Notes: a model not told the origin generated them from the sequence alone. 64,000 nt of DNA from a virus (IMGVR_UViG_3300037755_000349:1-64000); one strand, 5' to 3'. Numbered from the stretch's first letter, positions 1 to 8,996 are shown. Translations and numbers: made by a program.

Positions 1-37
1 GGCCAATTGCAGCTCTAAACCGATTGCGGGGTGAACC

Positions 38-310
38 ATGGCATCCAGATCCCTTCGTGACATGCGCGGCATGATCCCGCACCAGATTGCGCAAGCGCGT
101 CCGCCCGCGGCGATCGCTCCCACCCCCGCCCCTATGGCCCCGGTAAAGCGGGCGATGCCCGTGCGGCCCGCTCCGCAAGGCCAGAAAGTGCCCATGCAGG
201 CACCCTCAATGCGGCCAATGCAGGCCCCGATCGCCACCGACATGGGGGCCATCAACAGCCCCTACAGCCGGCCCATGTCCACCATGCGCCGCTACGGGAG
301 GATTCGGTAA
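38..310 (+). CDS. Hypothetical Pro/Met/Ala-rich low-complexity protein
   Basis: ATG ORF whose stop overlaps the next start (TAATG); no recognisable domain. Confidence 0.5.
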   Translation: MASRSLRDMRGMIPHQIAQARPPAAIAPTPAPMAPVKRAMPVRPAPQGQKVPMQAPSMRPMQAPIATDMGAINSPYSRPMSTMRRYGRIR

Positions 311-561
311 TGCCGAACCGCAAACTGCGCGAGTACGGCGCTCCGATCGGCGTGCCCAAGATGATCGAGGCGGGGCGGCCCAAGGTCGGCCCGGCCGATC
401 CGGCGACCCGGCGCAAGGCGTTGAAGGAGGCGCTCGCGGCCACTGAGCCAACGCCGTGGGTGCCCGAGCCGATCAAGGACGCGAAGAGGCGGGTGCAGAC
501 GCTCAAGGATCGAGGGGGCGTAGCGCTGCGCGAAAAGCAGCTCCGTGACCTGGGGGAGTGA
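310..561 (+). CDS. Hypothetical basic protein
   Basis: Stop/start-coupled to both neighbours. Confidence 0.55.
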   Translation: MPNRKLREYGAPIGVPKMIEAGRPKVGPADPATRRKALKEALAATEPTPWVPEPIKDAKRRVQTLKDRGGVALREKQLRDLGE

Positions 562-848
562 TGCTCGATCAGTATGGGCAGATGGAGGAACTGCCACAGC
601 CTGATCCGGACGCGATCCCCGACGCCAAGCTCGCCCTAGGGGAAGGAATCCGTGCCCGCCTGCGCGAGCTGTATGCATCGCAGCAGGCCGCCGCTCAGGC
701 TCTGGGCATGTCGCAGCCGAATCTCGCCCCCCTGTTCACCGGCAAGATGGACCGCTATTCGCTGGCCTGGCTGATCATGACGGCCTCGCGAGTGGGCCTG
801 AACGTGTTAATCGAGGTGCGGCTAGGCGACAAACGCTTATGCGCGTGA
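558..848 (+). CDS. XRE-family helix-turn-helix protein
   Basis: SQQAAAQALGMSQPNLAPLFTGKMDRYSLAWLI matches the XRE/HigA-type HTH pattern. Confidence 0.65.
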   Translation: MMLDQYGQMEELPQPDPDAIPDAKLALGEGIRARLRELYASQQAAAQALGMSQPNLAPLFTGKMDRYSLAWLIMTASRVGLNVLIEVRLGDKRLCA

Positions 849-971
849 TCCTGGGCCTCGCACTACAACAACCACGGCTAACAGCCGGAGAACCGAGTCG
901 CAACGATCGCCGTGGCCTTGTGGGTCACGATCCTCCTGGGGTCGGTGGCGTGCGCTCATCAGAGCAACGTC

Positions 972-2609
972 ATGGACCACCTATCCGAGCATCTTCAGGG
1001 TAAACGCCACCCCGTTCAGATCCTGACCGAGATCGCGGCCGAAAGGATGCGCCGCGACTTCATGCTGTTCCTGCGCCGCGGCTGGCACATCATCGAGCCG
1101 AAGCTCATGCAATGGAACTGGCACCTCGGCGCGATCGCCGAGCACCTGGTCTACCTTACGCAAGGGGAGATCCGGTTCTTGATGATCAACATCCCCCCGC
1201 GCATGACGAAGAGCCTGCTGTGCTCGGTGGCCTGGCCGGTGTGGCATTGGTTGCAGCGGCCCGAGACTCAGTTCATCGGCGCCAGCTATGACGAGTCCCT
1301 CGCGCTGCGTGATGCGGCACTCGCTCGGCGCCTGGTCGAGTCCTCCTGGTATCAACAGCACTACGGCGGGATGTATTACCTGCTGCCGGATGACAATGCG
1401 AAGAAGCTGTACCGCAACAGCAAGGGCGGCTATCGAGTCACCACGTCGGTCTCGGGCAAGAGCACCGGCGAGGGCGGCGACATCCAGCTCCTCGATGATC
1501 CGCACAACGCACAGAAAGTCGAGAGCGACACGGTTCGACAGACCGCCGTCTCCTGGCACGATAACGCTTGGCGATCACGCCTCAACGATCCCAACAACTC
1601 GCAAAAGGTTTACATCGGCCAGCGCACGCACGACGGCGATATCTTCGGCCACGTCCTCGCGCAGGAGGGCATTCGCTGGTGCCACCTGGTGCTGCCGATG
1701 GAGCACGATCCAAAGCGTGTTTGCATCACGTATGCAAACAAGGGCGAGGGACCGGATAAGGAGCAAGAGATCTTCCGCGATCCGCGCAAGAAGGAAAACG
1801 AACTACTGAATCCCGGCCGGTTCAACAAGAAGACGGCGCGCGCTGAACGCGAGGCGATGGCGGAGCGGTCCTACAATGCACAATATCAGCAGCAGCCCGA
1901 GGGCGCCGGCGGCCTGATCCTCAAGCGCAACTGGTGGCGGCCCTGGAAGTTTCCGGACTGGCACCCCAAGGCGAACAAGGACCGCGACCTGCCGGAATTC
2001 ATGGAGATCATCCAGGTCTACGACACCGCATTCGAAGAAGACGAGGAGGCGGACTTCACCGCGCGCACGACGTGGGGCGTGTTCGAGAACCGCGATCTAT
2101 TCAAGGACCCGCGCACCGGCAAGGTCAAGGAGGGCAAGGTGCGCGTGTGTGCGCTGCTGCTCGATCGGTACAAGGAGCGCGTGGAATTCCCCGACCTGAT
2201 TGATGAGATGGTGGAGTCGGATCAGAAGTTCGCGCCCGAGATCATTCTCATCGAGAAAAAGGCGAGCGGCCACTCCGCGATCCAGACCATGCGGCGCAAG
2301 GGCCTGCCGGTCAAAGGCGTGAAGCTCACCGATGGCGGGGACCTGGTGAACCGGGCGCACATGGCCAGCTACATGCTCAAAAAGGGCTGCATCTACTACC
2401 TGTCGCGGAACTGGTCGATCGACGTGATCGATGAGTGCGCGAAATTTCCCAACGGTGAGCACGACGACCAGGTGGCGAGCTGCGTCATTGCCTGGCAGTA
2501 CATGCGCCGCTATCACGATCTGACGACCGAGGACGAGGCGAAGCAGGACATCGCGCCCTTCACCTGGAAGCGCGCGACCGGAGAGGATCGCGCGCTTCGA
2601 TACGCATAA
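972..2609 (+). CDS. terL: Terminase large subunit
   Basis: INIPPRMTKS Walker-A-like motif, LLDDPH Walker B, YNAQYQQQP, C-terminal FPNGEHDDQV nuclease motif; upstream GTG at 912 is an alternative start. Confidence 0.92.
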   Translation: MDHLSEHLQGKRHPVQILTEIAAERMRRDFMLFLRRGWHIIEPKLMQWNWHLGAIAEHLVYLTQGEIRFLMINIPPRMTKSLLCSVAWPVWHWLQRPETQFIGASYDESLALRDAALARRLVESSWYQQHYGGMYYLLPDDNAKKLYRNSKGGYRVTTSVSGKSTGEGGDIQLLDDPHNAQKVESDTVRQTAVSWHDNAWRSRLNDPNNSQKVYIGQRTHDGDIFGHVLAQEGIRWCHLVLPMEHDPKRVCITYANKGEGPDKEQEIFRDPRKKENELLNPGRFNKKTARAEREAMAERSYNAQYQQQPEGAGGLILKRNWWRPWKFPDWHPKANKDRDLPEFMEIIQVYDTAFEEDEEADFTARTTWGVFENRDLFKDPRTGKVKEGKVRVCALLLDRYKERVEFPDLIDEMVESDQKFAPEIILIEKKASGHSAIQTMRRKGLPVKGVKLTDGGDLVNRAHMASYMLKKGCIYYLSRNWSIDVIDECAKFPNGEHDDQVASCVIAWQYMRRYHDLTTEDEAKQDIAPFTWKRATGEDRALRYA

Positions 2610-2748
2610 CGTCGTCTCGATGACGGTGGCAGAAATCGCAGTAGTGACCTGACCAGCGATGCCGCGATCCGACCAGCTTGCCAGTTTTCGGGCTCCTGCC
2701 GCGGAAAACGGAGCACGGGATCACCGACTTCACTGTCTTCGATTGCAT
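2560..2748 (-). CDS. Small Cys/His hypothetical protein
   Basis: MQSKTVKS...HYCDFCHRH; overlaps the terL 3' end convergently. Confidence 0.3.
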   Translation of the reverse strand: MQSKTVKSVIPCSVFRGRSPKTGKLVGSRHRWSGHYCDFCHRHRDDVMRIEARDPLRSRASR

Positions 2749-3233
2749 GGGATCTTGATCGAGCGAGGATCGTCCGGGCGCCCCGCGGTGGTGACGCCAA
2801 TTCGGAATTTGCAGGTCTCGCATTCGATGACGTAGACCCCGCAGCGCTTCGCCGGATACGGCAAATCGATCAAGCACCATGGCTCGCTCATGGCCTTGGG
2901 GTTACGCACATCGAGGTCGCGGCCATGCGGGTACAGCGGATCGGTCTCGCACTGCGGCTCGCGCATGCGGTCGATCCATTCAATCGTGTGCGTGGGTTTC
3001 TTGTTCATTGGGGGCCTTTGGGTAACTGAAATAGAAACCCGGTCCGTCCCTGGACCGGGGGAGTCACTGGTTGCTACCGCACGAATCCACTGCGCGGCCT
3101 GTTCGTAATCCTCCAAGTTTCGCTTGCTCATCCCATGAGCGCGGTATTCGTGGCGAAGCACGTCGAGGTCCGCGTTGATCGCCATAACGACACGCCATAG
3201 GCCGCGGAGCACAGACGGAGGTGGCTTGCTCAT
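2730..3233 (-). CDS. Hypothetical protein with Cys-rich C-terminal domain
   Basis: Starts 3 bp after the sigma stop; LPYPAKRCG..CETC..TAGRPDDPRS..C putative Zn-binding domain. Confidence 0.55.
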   Translation of the reverse strand: MSKPPPSVLRGLWRVVMAINADLDVLRHEYRAHGMSKRNLEDYEQAAQWIRAVATSDSPGPGTDRVSISVTQRPPMNKKPTHTIEWIDRMREPQCETDPLYPHGRDLDVRNPKAMSEPWCLIDLPYPAKRCGVYVIECETCKFRIGVTTAGRPDDPRSIKIPCNRRQ

Positions 3234-3236
3234 GGT

Positions 3237-3782
3237 TCATCTGTCCCACGTCATCACGCGTATGCGTGACTTGGCTTGCGTCACGTACTTCTCGACGGTG
3301 TGAATCGACAGGCCGAGTTTTTCGGCCACCTCTTCGTAGGACATGCCATCGCGCTTGTGCGCGAGCAGTACTGCGGCATGCGTGGGCGGGAGTTGCGCCA
3401 CTGCCCTATCGATCTGCTGCTGGAGATTTAATCGATCCGCTATATCGTCCGGCACTACCTGCGAAGGATGTTCGTCCCATCCCTTCAGGACGTTGCCATC
3501 AGCATCGATCAACTCACCTCGTTGATCGCGTTTGAACCACTGGCTCTCGTGCTCGACCTCGATACGAAAGTCGCACAGCACATGCGATGCAATGCCGTAC
3601 AGATAGGCGAGTGGCTTGTGCACGACTTTCTCGTCATCCAGTCGCAGCAATCGCAGGTACACCTCCTGCGCCAAGTCATTCACATCTTGCGGTTGACGCA
3701 AGCGGCGCATCAAGTAGCGATGCAATTCGCGGCGATATCGTCCGAACATCGAAGCGGCAAATTTTCTAACCAGAGTTTCCAT
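3237..3782 (-). CDS. ECF (sigma-70 group 4) sigma factor, FecI-like
   Basis: Region 2 (DVNDLAQEVYLRLL, AYLYGIASH) and region 4 (LPPTHAAVLLAHKRDGMSYEEVAEKLGLSIHTVEKYVTQA); GAGGT RBS upstream. Confidence 0.93.
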   Translation of the reverse strand: METLVRKFAASMFGRYRRELHRYLMRRLRQPQDVNDLAQEVYLRLLRLDDEKVVHKPLAYLYGIASHVLCDFRIEVEHESQWFKRDQRGELIDADGNVLKGWDEHPSQVVPDDIADRLNLQQQIDRAVAQLPPTHAAVLLAHKRDGMSYEEVAEKLGLSIHTVEKYVTQAKSRIRVMTWDR

Positions 3783-3993
3783 GGGGGTACACCTCAAAGA
3801 GACGTTGCCTGCGAGCGTTGTAGACGGCGATCACCCCGTCCGTGTCCCGATCTATTTGTCCTCCGTTCTCGACGGCGCGCTGCGCCTGGTTTTGCCATTC
3901 ACTGCCAAGCCGCACCAGGGGAACATCGATGATCGAACCGGTGTAGACGAAGCCCTGGTAACGGCGGCGGTTATTGACTCTTAATCGGTCCAT
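3766..3993 (-). CDS. Hypothetical protein
   Basis: GGAGG RBS; overlaps the sigma start by 17 bp. Confidence 0.5.
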   Translation of the reverse strand: MDRLRVNNRRRYQGFVYTGSIIDVPLVRLGSEWQNQAQRAVENGGQIDRDTDGVIAVYNARRQRLFEVYPHGNSG

Positions 3994-4003
3994 GAGATCC
4001 TCC

Positions 4004-4040
4004 AAAAAAAGGCCGCCGGGCTGGGGGAAGCCAGGCGGCC
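4004..4040 (-). terminator. Intrinsic terminator downstream of the DUF932 gene
   Basis: GC-rich stem (GGCCGCC/GGCGGCC) followed by T7 on the minus strand. Confidence 0.7.
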
Positions 4041-4087
4041 GAGGAGAGGGCCAGCGCGATTATTAGCGGGTACGCCGGCCCCGTGGA

Positions 4088-5179
4088 TCAGGCCGCTCGC
4101 TTCACCGGCTTGGTGAGCAGCGACTGCCAGTCCTTGCTCGCCAGCTCGACGAGCAGGCCACCATCGGTTTCCAGCTTGGTGGCCATGTCGTAGTTCTCCT
4201 CGTCCTGGCTCTGACGGGTGATGGCGTTCGCCAGGCCCCACCGGCTCAGATCGCCGCCCTCGATCAGATGGCGCAGTACGCCTTCCTTCGTGGACTCGTT
4301 GTAGCTGAAGCGCGTAGCGGCGAGTTCGACCACATCCTCGATCTTGCCCTCGATCTTCTGGCCGGCGGCTTCGCGCATCGGATTGGTGATCTTCTCGAAC
4401 ACGTCCTGCTTCATCACCCCGCGCACGGTGTCCTGCACCTTGGCCCACAGCGCGGTGTCATCGAGTTCCTTCGTGCGATCGCTGAACATCTCATAGGCTT
4501 CCTCGGTCTCGCCCGAGGCGCGCTTGCCCACATGCGTGCGGCGCTGCCCGTAGTCCTGCATGATCATTCCGTTCTTGCAGGAGAGGCGGAACACCAGCGG
4601 CGCCACTTGCAGCGCGCCCGAGCCAACCTCGCTATTCGAGATCACAATGCCGGCCTGCACGACATCCCCGACGTTGGCGATGCTGGTGGAGATCTTGGGG
4701 AACACGGCCTTGATGTAGAAACGCGTGTCGGTCAACTGCGTGGACTCGATGCGCAGACCATCGTACTCACGCAGCACCGGCATCACGGCGTTCGCGAGAT
4801 CGAAATTGTCGAGGGGGCGGTACTTGTCGGAGAGCACGGCGCGCACGCGATTATCGAGGGTGCGCAGCATGCGGCGCGTGGGCTCACGATGCAGCAATTC
4901 GGTGAGCGTGTAAGCCAGCATATCGGGATGATCGGCGCGAAGGCGATGGTAGAACGTGGCCGGCACTTTGAGCAGCTCGGCGAATTGGCCGTGAGCATGA
5001 TCGTTGATTGCCATTCTCACCGGGCCTTTCGAGCTATCGAGGCGCACGGCAAGTGTCGTCGGGACGAGGGCGTCCTGGAACACGCTCACCTTGCTTGTGT
5101 CGGCGATGAAGTCGCGCTTGGAGGCGCTTTGGCGTTCTATTTCGGCGGCCATTTGCACGAGGGTAAGACCTGATTTCAT
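4088..5179 (-). CDS. DUF932-family phage/plasmid protein
   Basis: RAVLSDKYRPLDN, GIVISNSEVGSGAL, FRLSCKNGMI motifs; AGGAG RBS before ATG 5179. Confidence 0.72.
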   Translation of the reverse strand: MKSGLTLVQMAAEIERQSASKRDFIADTSKVSVFQDALVPTTLAVRLDSSKGPVRMAINDHAHGQFAELLKVPATFYHRLRADHPDMLAYTLTELLHREPTRRMLRTLDNRVRAVLSDKYRPLDNFDLANAVMPVLREYDGLRIESTQLTDTRFYIKAVFPKISTSIANVGDVVQAGIVISNSEVGSGALQVAPLVFRLSCKNGMIMQDYGQRRTHVGKRASGETEEAYEMFSDRTKELDDTALWAKVQDTVRGVMKQDVFEKITNPMREAAGQKIEGKIEDVVELAATRFSYNESTKEGVLRHLIEGGDLSRWGLANAITRQSQDEENYDMATKLETDGGLLVELASKDWQSLLTKPVKRAA

Positions 5180-5258
5180 GATTCGACTCCTGAAGTGCCC
5201 CTGAATCCGCGCAGGGTTCGCGTTTCCCGGAAAACCCGGTAACGCAATATCAACACAA

Positions 5259-5298
5259 GTTGCACCGCTGTTGCAAGGGTGTTGCATTCGATGTTGCA
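5259..5298. promoter_or_regulatory. Four phased GTTGCA boxes in a divergent promoter region
   Basis: GTTGCA at 5259, 5270, 5281, 5293 (spacing 11/11/12) in the AT-richer gap between divergent operons. Confidence 0.6.
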
Positions 5299-5333
5299 CA
5301 TGAGCCATGATGCTAGGCAAAGGAGATATCCAA

Positions 5334-5639
5334 ATGAGCTATCAGGCCACCTACACCAAGTTGCGTTCCGGTGACTGGGGCATCCGCATCGCCGCTGCCG
5401 ATCTCTCTGAATTCCGCGCCGGCACCTACGTCCAGGTCGCGAAAAAGAGCGGCGAGCTGAAGCACGAGGCTATCGCAAAGATCATCTACGCCCGCAATGG
5501 GATCGCGCTGTGCGCTATCCGGCGCGAGAGCGACGGCAAGTGCCAACAATCCCGCATGATCCGTACCGGCTGCTCCTGCGGATCGATCGAGGGCTATCCA
5601 CGCAACTCTGACTGCGCGAGCTGTCAACACGACTATTGA
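5334..5639 (+). CDS. Hypothetical protein, first gene of the accessory operon
   Basis: AAGGAG RBS; MSYQATYTKLRSGDWGIRI; C-terminal CSC..CASC. Confidence 0.65.
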   Translation: MSYQATYTKLRSGDWGIRIAAADLSEFRAGTYVQVAKKSGELKHEAIAKIIYARNGIALCAIRRESDGKCQQSRMIRTGCSCGSIEGYPRNSDCASCQHDY

Positions 5640-5646
5640 GCACACG

Positions 5647-5880
5647 ATGAGTTACGAGAACCAGGAATGCCCTTGCGGTGGCAAGAAGCGGCGCGAGACG
5701 ATGCTCTGCGATGATTGCGTGCGCGAGTTCTCCGATCGCGAGGAGCTGAAGGACTACCTGAACGAGACGCTGAGCCTGGACTACCGCAGGAACGCGGCGC
5801 TCGTGCTGCTCTCCCTCGCACACAACCGCGTGCCCGGCCTGCACAAGCGACCCGGCGTGAGCACAGCGAGGCGCCGATGA
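5647..5880 (+). CDS. Small Zn-finger-like protein
   Basis: CPCG..LCDDC; ATGA-coupled to the next gene. Confidence 0.55.
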   Translation: MSYENQECPCGGKKRRETMLCDDCVREFSDREELKDYLNETLSLDYRRNAALVLLSLAHNRVPGLHKRPGVSTARRR

Positions 5881-6080
5881 GGGACATGCGTCGCTACAAG
5901 CGAGATGCCGAGCCGGAGACGCGCGTGGGCCTGTGCTGCGGATGCCGTGAAGACCGGGTGTCGCTGTTCAAGGTTCCAGGGATCTTTCGCTATCGCTGTG
6001 CCGCGTGCTTCCGCAAGGAGACCGGCTTCAATCACCACATGGCGCCGCCGCCACCTGCCTCGGTAATCATCGTCCCATGA
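5877..6080 (+). CDS. Small Cys-rich protein
   Basis: CCGC..CAAC; ATGA overlaps at both ends. Confidence 0.5.
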   Translation: MRDMRRYKRDAEPETRVGLCCGCREDRVSLFKVPGIFRYRCAACFRKETGFNHHMAPPPPASVIIVP

Positions 6081-6307
6081 GCCGCACCATCTCGTACCTG
6101 GAACGCATGGCCATTGCGATCGCGCTGGCCGTGCCGATCGAGGTCAAGACCGACACCGTCACGGTGCATGCCGTGTTCATTCACAAGATCCGCAGCGAGC
6201 TGGATCGCCGCGGCATCCCCTGGCGCACCTCGGCCAACAAGGTCAAGCGTGCGACCCGTAAGCGAGCCATCCAGCGGGCCAGAAACCAAGGAGATTCCAA
6301 TGGATGA
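6077..6307 (+). CDS. Hypothetical basic protein
   Basis: ATGA-coupled start. Confidence 0.5.
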   Translation: MSRTISYLERMAIAIALAVPIEVKTDTVTVHAVFIHKIRSELDRRGIPWRTSANKVKRATRKRAIQRARNQGDSNG

Positions 6308-6644
6308 TGCTGTATTCCAGACGCCCTCGCGCTTCCAGGCGCAAGCGCCGGCGGCAGCGCCAGCACCGGCGCCCCGGCCAGGGCTGCACCTGTTCGCCAC
6401 GAAGGACGGGTTCGATGGCGCCCTGGAGGAGGCGAACCTCCTTGATCTGATGCTGATCGACGCACGCGAGCATTTCGAGCGGACCTATTTGCACGCGCTG
6501 AACGTGCACTATGCCGGCCGCGTCTCACTGATTGCCAAGCACTGCGGCATGGAGCGCACGCACCTGTACCGCAAGCTGCGGCAGCTCGGCGTTAGAACCA
6601 AGCAGCCCGAGCCCGTCATCGAGGCAACCAGCCATGAGGAGTAA
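6300..6644 (+). CDS. Stand-alone Fis-type HTH resembling the NtrX/NtrC C-terminal DNA-binding domain
   Basis: DAREHFERTYL..AGRVSLIAKHCGMERTHLYRKLRQLGV; AAGGAG RBS. Confidence 0.75.
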   Translation: MDDAVFQTPSRFQAQAPAAAPAPAPRPGLHLFATKDGFDGALEEANLLDLMLIDAREHFERTYLHALNVHYAGRVSLIAKHCGMERTHLYRKLRQLGVRTKQPEPVIEATSHEE

Positions 6645-7035
6645 GAAATCAGTCGGACATCCAGGACCTGCACACGATCACATCGTGCGGATCCAGAACG
6701 AGCAGATCTGCGCGAAGCTCCTGGGCTGGCGCATGGTGGCCGAGGCGGTGCCGGGCAAGGGAAACGTGCACCCCGCGGTGTGGCACAAAAAGGAATTCCA
6801 TGGAATTGGCACGGGCGGCGGATTGCACACTCCCTCGTTCCTCGATTTCCGTGAGAGCGCCTACATCATCGAGCGTCTGGTGCACATGGGCTACAAGGTG
6901 AGCATGGGCGTGGAGAGCGATGGTCGCGCCAGCGTGCTGGTCGACAACGGTGTGCGCCACCTCCAGCAGATCAAGCAGGAGGAGCCGATCACCGAGCTGA
7001 TCCGGCGCGTGGCGATCCTGGTAATCGAGACGTGA
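6634..7035 (+). CDS. Hypothetical protein, possible phage ABA-sandwich domain; paralog of 7997-8320
   Basis: IQNEQICAKLLGW..PSFLDFRESAYIIERL. Confidence 0.5.
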   Translation: MRSKKSVGHPGPAHDHIVRIQNEQICAKLLGWRMVAEAVPGKGNVHPAVWHKKEFHGIGTGGGLHTPSFLDFRESAYIIERLVHMGYKVSMGVESDGRASVLVDNGVRHLQQIKQEEPITELIRRVAILVIET

Positions 7036-7253
7036 TGAGCGACGATCCGAACTTCGACGACGACGTGGAGATTCTCACCGAGCTGCGCCGCCGCGGCGTT
7101 GCGGTGCACGTCCTCGATCCTTCGCCAGAGCTGATCGCGGCGCTGGCGCCTTGTGAGCACGGCGAGGTGAAGGCCGATTGCGTGCAGTGCAGCCTGTGGG
7201 CCACCTGGGGCGGGATCAATGCGGAGATCGAGAGCGAGGAACGGAAACCATGA
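7035..7253 (+). CDS. Hypothetical protein
   Basis: Coupled ORF; CEHG..DCVQC. Confidence 0.5.
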   Translation: MSDDPNFDDDVEILTELRRRGVAVHVLDPSPELIAALAPCEHGEVKADCVQCSLWATWGGINAEIESEERKP

Positions 7254-7471
7254 GGACGCGCTGGACGCCCAAGCACGCCGTCGCCACTACGAAGCGCCAG
7301 GTTGATGCCGCGGTCGCGCGCCTGCGCGTCGTAGCGCTGGAGTGGGGCGACGTGGATCAAACCTACGTCGATAACGCCGAGGACTTCATCCGCGAGTTGG
7401 AGGAGTTCGCGGAGCGCGTCGAGGCCGAGGTCGCCGAGCGGCTCAAAGCCGGGGAGAAGATCGGGATATGA
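7250..7471 (+). CDS. Hypothetical helical protein
   Basis: ATGA overlaps at both ends. Confidence 0.55.
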   Translation: MRTRWTPKHAVATTKRQVDAAVARLRVVALEWGDVDQTYVDNAEDFIRELEEFAERVEAEVAERLKAGEKIGI

Positions 7472-7752
7472 GCAACCAAGCCACAGACCAATACAAGCTC
7501 CTCGATTACGCGTTGCCTATTTCACCGTGCGGGTTCTGCGGCGCCATCGCGCGGATGTGGCAACACTCGAACGGCGATGCCGTGCGCTTCTTCGTTTGCT
7601 GTTCCAGGATAGCCGCCAACACCGTTGATACGCCTGAAGGGAATGACTGTCCGCTGTCGATGCCGCCGGAGGATTTCTACAAGGCGAGGCGCGTCGAGGC
7701 GGCGAAGTACTGGGAAGCGTGGGCCACATTCGGCAATAAGCATCGGACATGA
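7468..7752 (+). CDS. Lar-like (restriction alleviation) Zn-ribbon protein
   Basis: SPCGFCGAIA..FFVCCS..EAAKYW resembles the Lar PCPFCG..V.C..C..EA..W pattern. Confidence 0.45.
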   Translation: MSNQATDQYKLLDYALPISPCGFCGAIARMWQHSNGDAVRFFVCCSRIAANTVDTPEGNDCPLSMPPEDFYKARRVEAAKYWEAWATFGNKHRT

Positions 7753-8009
7753 GCGATTGCACGTGCTGCTCGCTTGGCATTCTGCACCCCGAGGCTGGCA
7801 GCGGCTGCGGGAACATCAATGCCGTGTGGGAGGCGGCGGAGCGCAAGAGCAGACGCAAGCTCGTGGTGCAGGTGGAGTTCCGCCAGTCTAAATATGGACG
7901 GATCGGTGCCGGCCAGAATCGGTTAAGGCTGTCATGCGGACACGTGCAGCTCCGCCAGGCCAGCCATCACGTACCCATACGCACGAGGTGCCGGGAATGC
8001 AGGCAATAG
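7749..8009 (+). CDS. Small Cys-rich protein
   Basis: ATGA start; LSCGH..RCREC. Confidence 0.5.
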   Translation: MSDCTCCSLGILHPEAGSGCGNINAVWEAAERKSRRKLVVQVEFRQSKYGRIGAGQNRLRLSCGHVQLRQASHHVPIRTRCRECRQ

Positions 8010-8320
8010 AAAATCAACGGATCTGCGAGAAGCTGTTGGGCTGGAAGATCAGCCCGCACGGGCTTGTGCTGGCTGAAAACGATGGCAATGCTCGCTACCT
8101 CAAGATGCCCAATTTCACGACCTGGGCCGAGGCCGGGCTGATCCTGGAGGCGCTTCGCGCTCTTGGGTTGCGCGTAGAAGTCCACGCCAATGGCTTCGGG
8201 TCGCAAGGCCAATGGAAAGCCTCCGTCGCGCATCGGGAGAGCCTTGGGGCATTTGATGGATTCGGCACCGGCCCGCTTGCCATCAGATCCGCCGCCTTGT
8301 CGTATATCGGGAGCCTATGA
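7997..8320 (+). CDS. Hypothetical protein; paralog of 6634-7035
   Basis: IENQRICEKLLGW..PNFTTWAEAGLILEAL. Confidence 0.55.
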   Translation: MQAIENQRICEKLLGWKISPHGLVLAENDGNARYLKMPNFTTWAEAGLILEALRALGLRVEVHANGFGSQGQWKASVAHRESLGAFDGFGTGPLAIRSAALSYIGSL

Positions 8321-8562
8321 CGCGGGCCAGGCGCACCGGTCCGCTGCCGCGCAAGCGCCGGGCGAAGCGGGATAAGTTCGACCGTCCATTCCGCTATCCG
8401 CCGCATCTACAGGTAACCGCGATGCACAACTGGGGCGATCCGCTGCTGGTGGTCGAGTGCCTGGTGTGCCTGCGCTCGACCGGGCATAAGACGCAAGCCA
8501 GGCCGGCGCTCGCCAAGTTCCTGAAAGCCCACCGCCGATGTGGCGCAATAGCATTGCAATAG
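8317..8562 (+). CDS. Basic Zn-finger-like protein
   Basis: ATGA start; ECLVC..HRRC. Confidence 0.5.
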   Translation: MTRARRTGPLPRKRRAKRDKFDRPFRYPPHLQVTAMHNWGDPLLVVECLVCLRSTGHKTQARPALAKFLKAHRRCGAIALQ

Positions 8563-8738
8563 CCGAGCAACACCGAGCACAATACGGCGCCATGCAGTAC
8601 CAGCCGAAGCCGCGTTACCGTTGGAGCGAGAAGCGACGCCGGTGGATGCTCGTTGCCATCGGGCGAACCGGTTCCATTGGTGGCTGGCATTATGGACGCT
8701 CCTTGAGCGCTATAAAGAGCAAACAGAAGTGATCACCA

Positions 8739-8996
8739 ATGAAACGAAGCAGCTTCGCGAAGCGATCCGGCAAGGCGCCTACCCGTATCCGCAAGGCGAA
8801 GGCCACGGCGCGCAGTACAACCAGGCCGTCGCCCGCGTCTACGAACTCGAAAGGGCCGCCGAAGCCGCCGCCGGCGACGCCGTGCCCATACAAATTCCCG
8901 CCGCACAGTGACCACATCGAGCAGCCCTGCATCCGCGAGGCTGGTCACTACGGCCCGCATCATTGCGCCGGTAAGCGCAAGGGAGATCCGCAATGA
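8739..8996 (+). CDS. Lys/Arg-rich protein with C-terminal C..C..GH.G.H motif
   Basis: Stop is ATGA-coupled to 8993; an overlapping frame (8729-8911) is also plausible. Confidence 0.4.
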   Translation: MKRSSFAKRSGKAPTRIRKAKATARSTTRPSPASTNSKGPPKPPPATPCPYKFPPHSDHIEQPCIREAGHYGPHHCAGKRKGDPQ

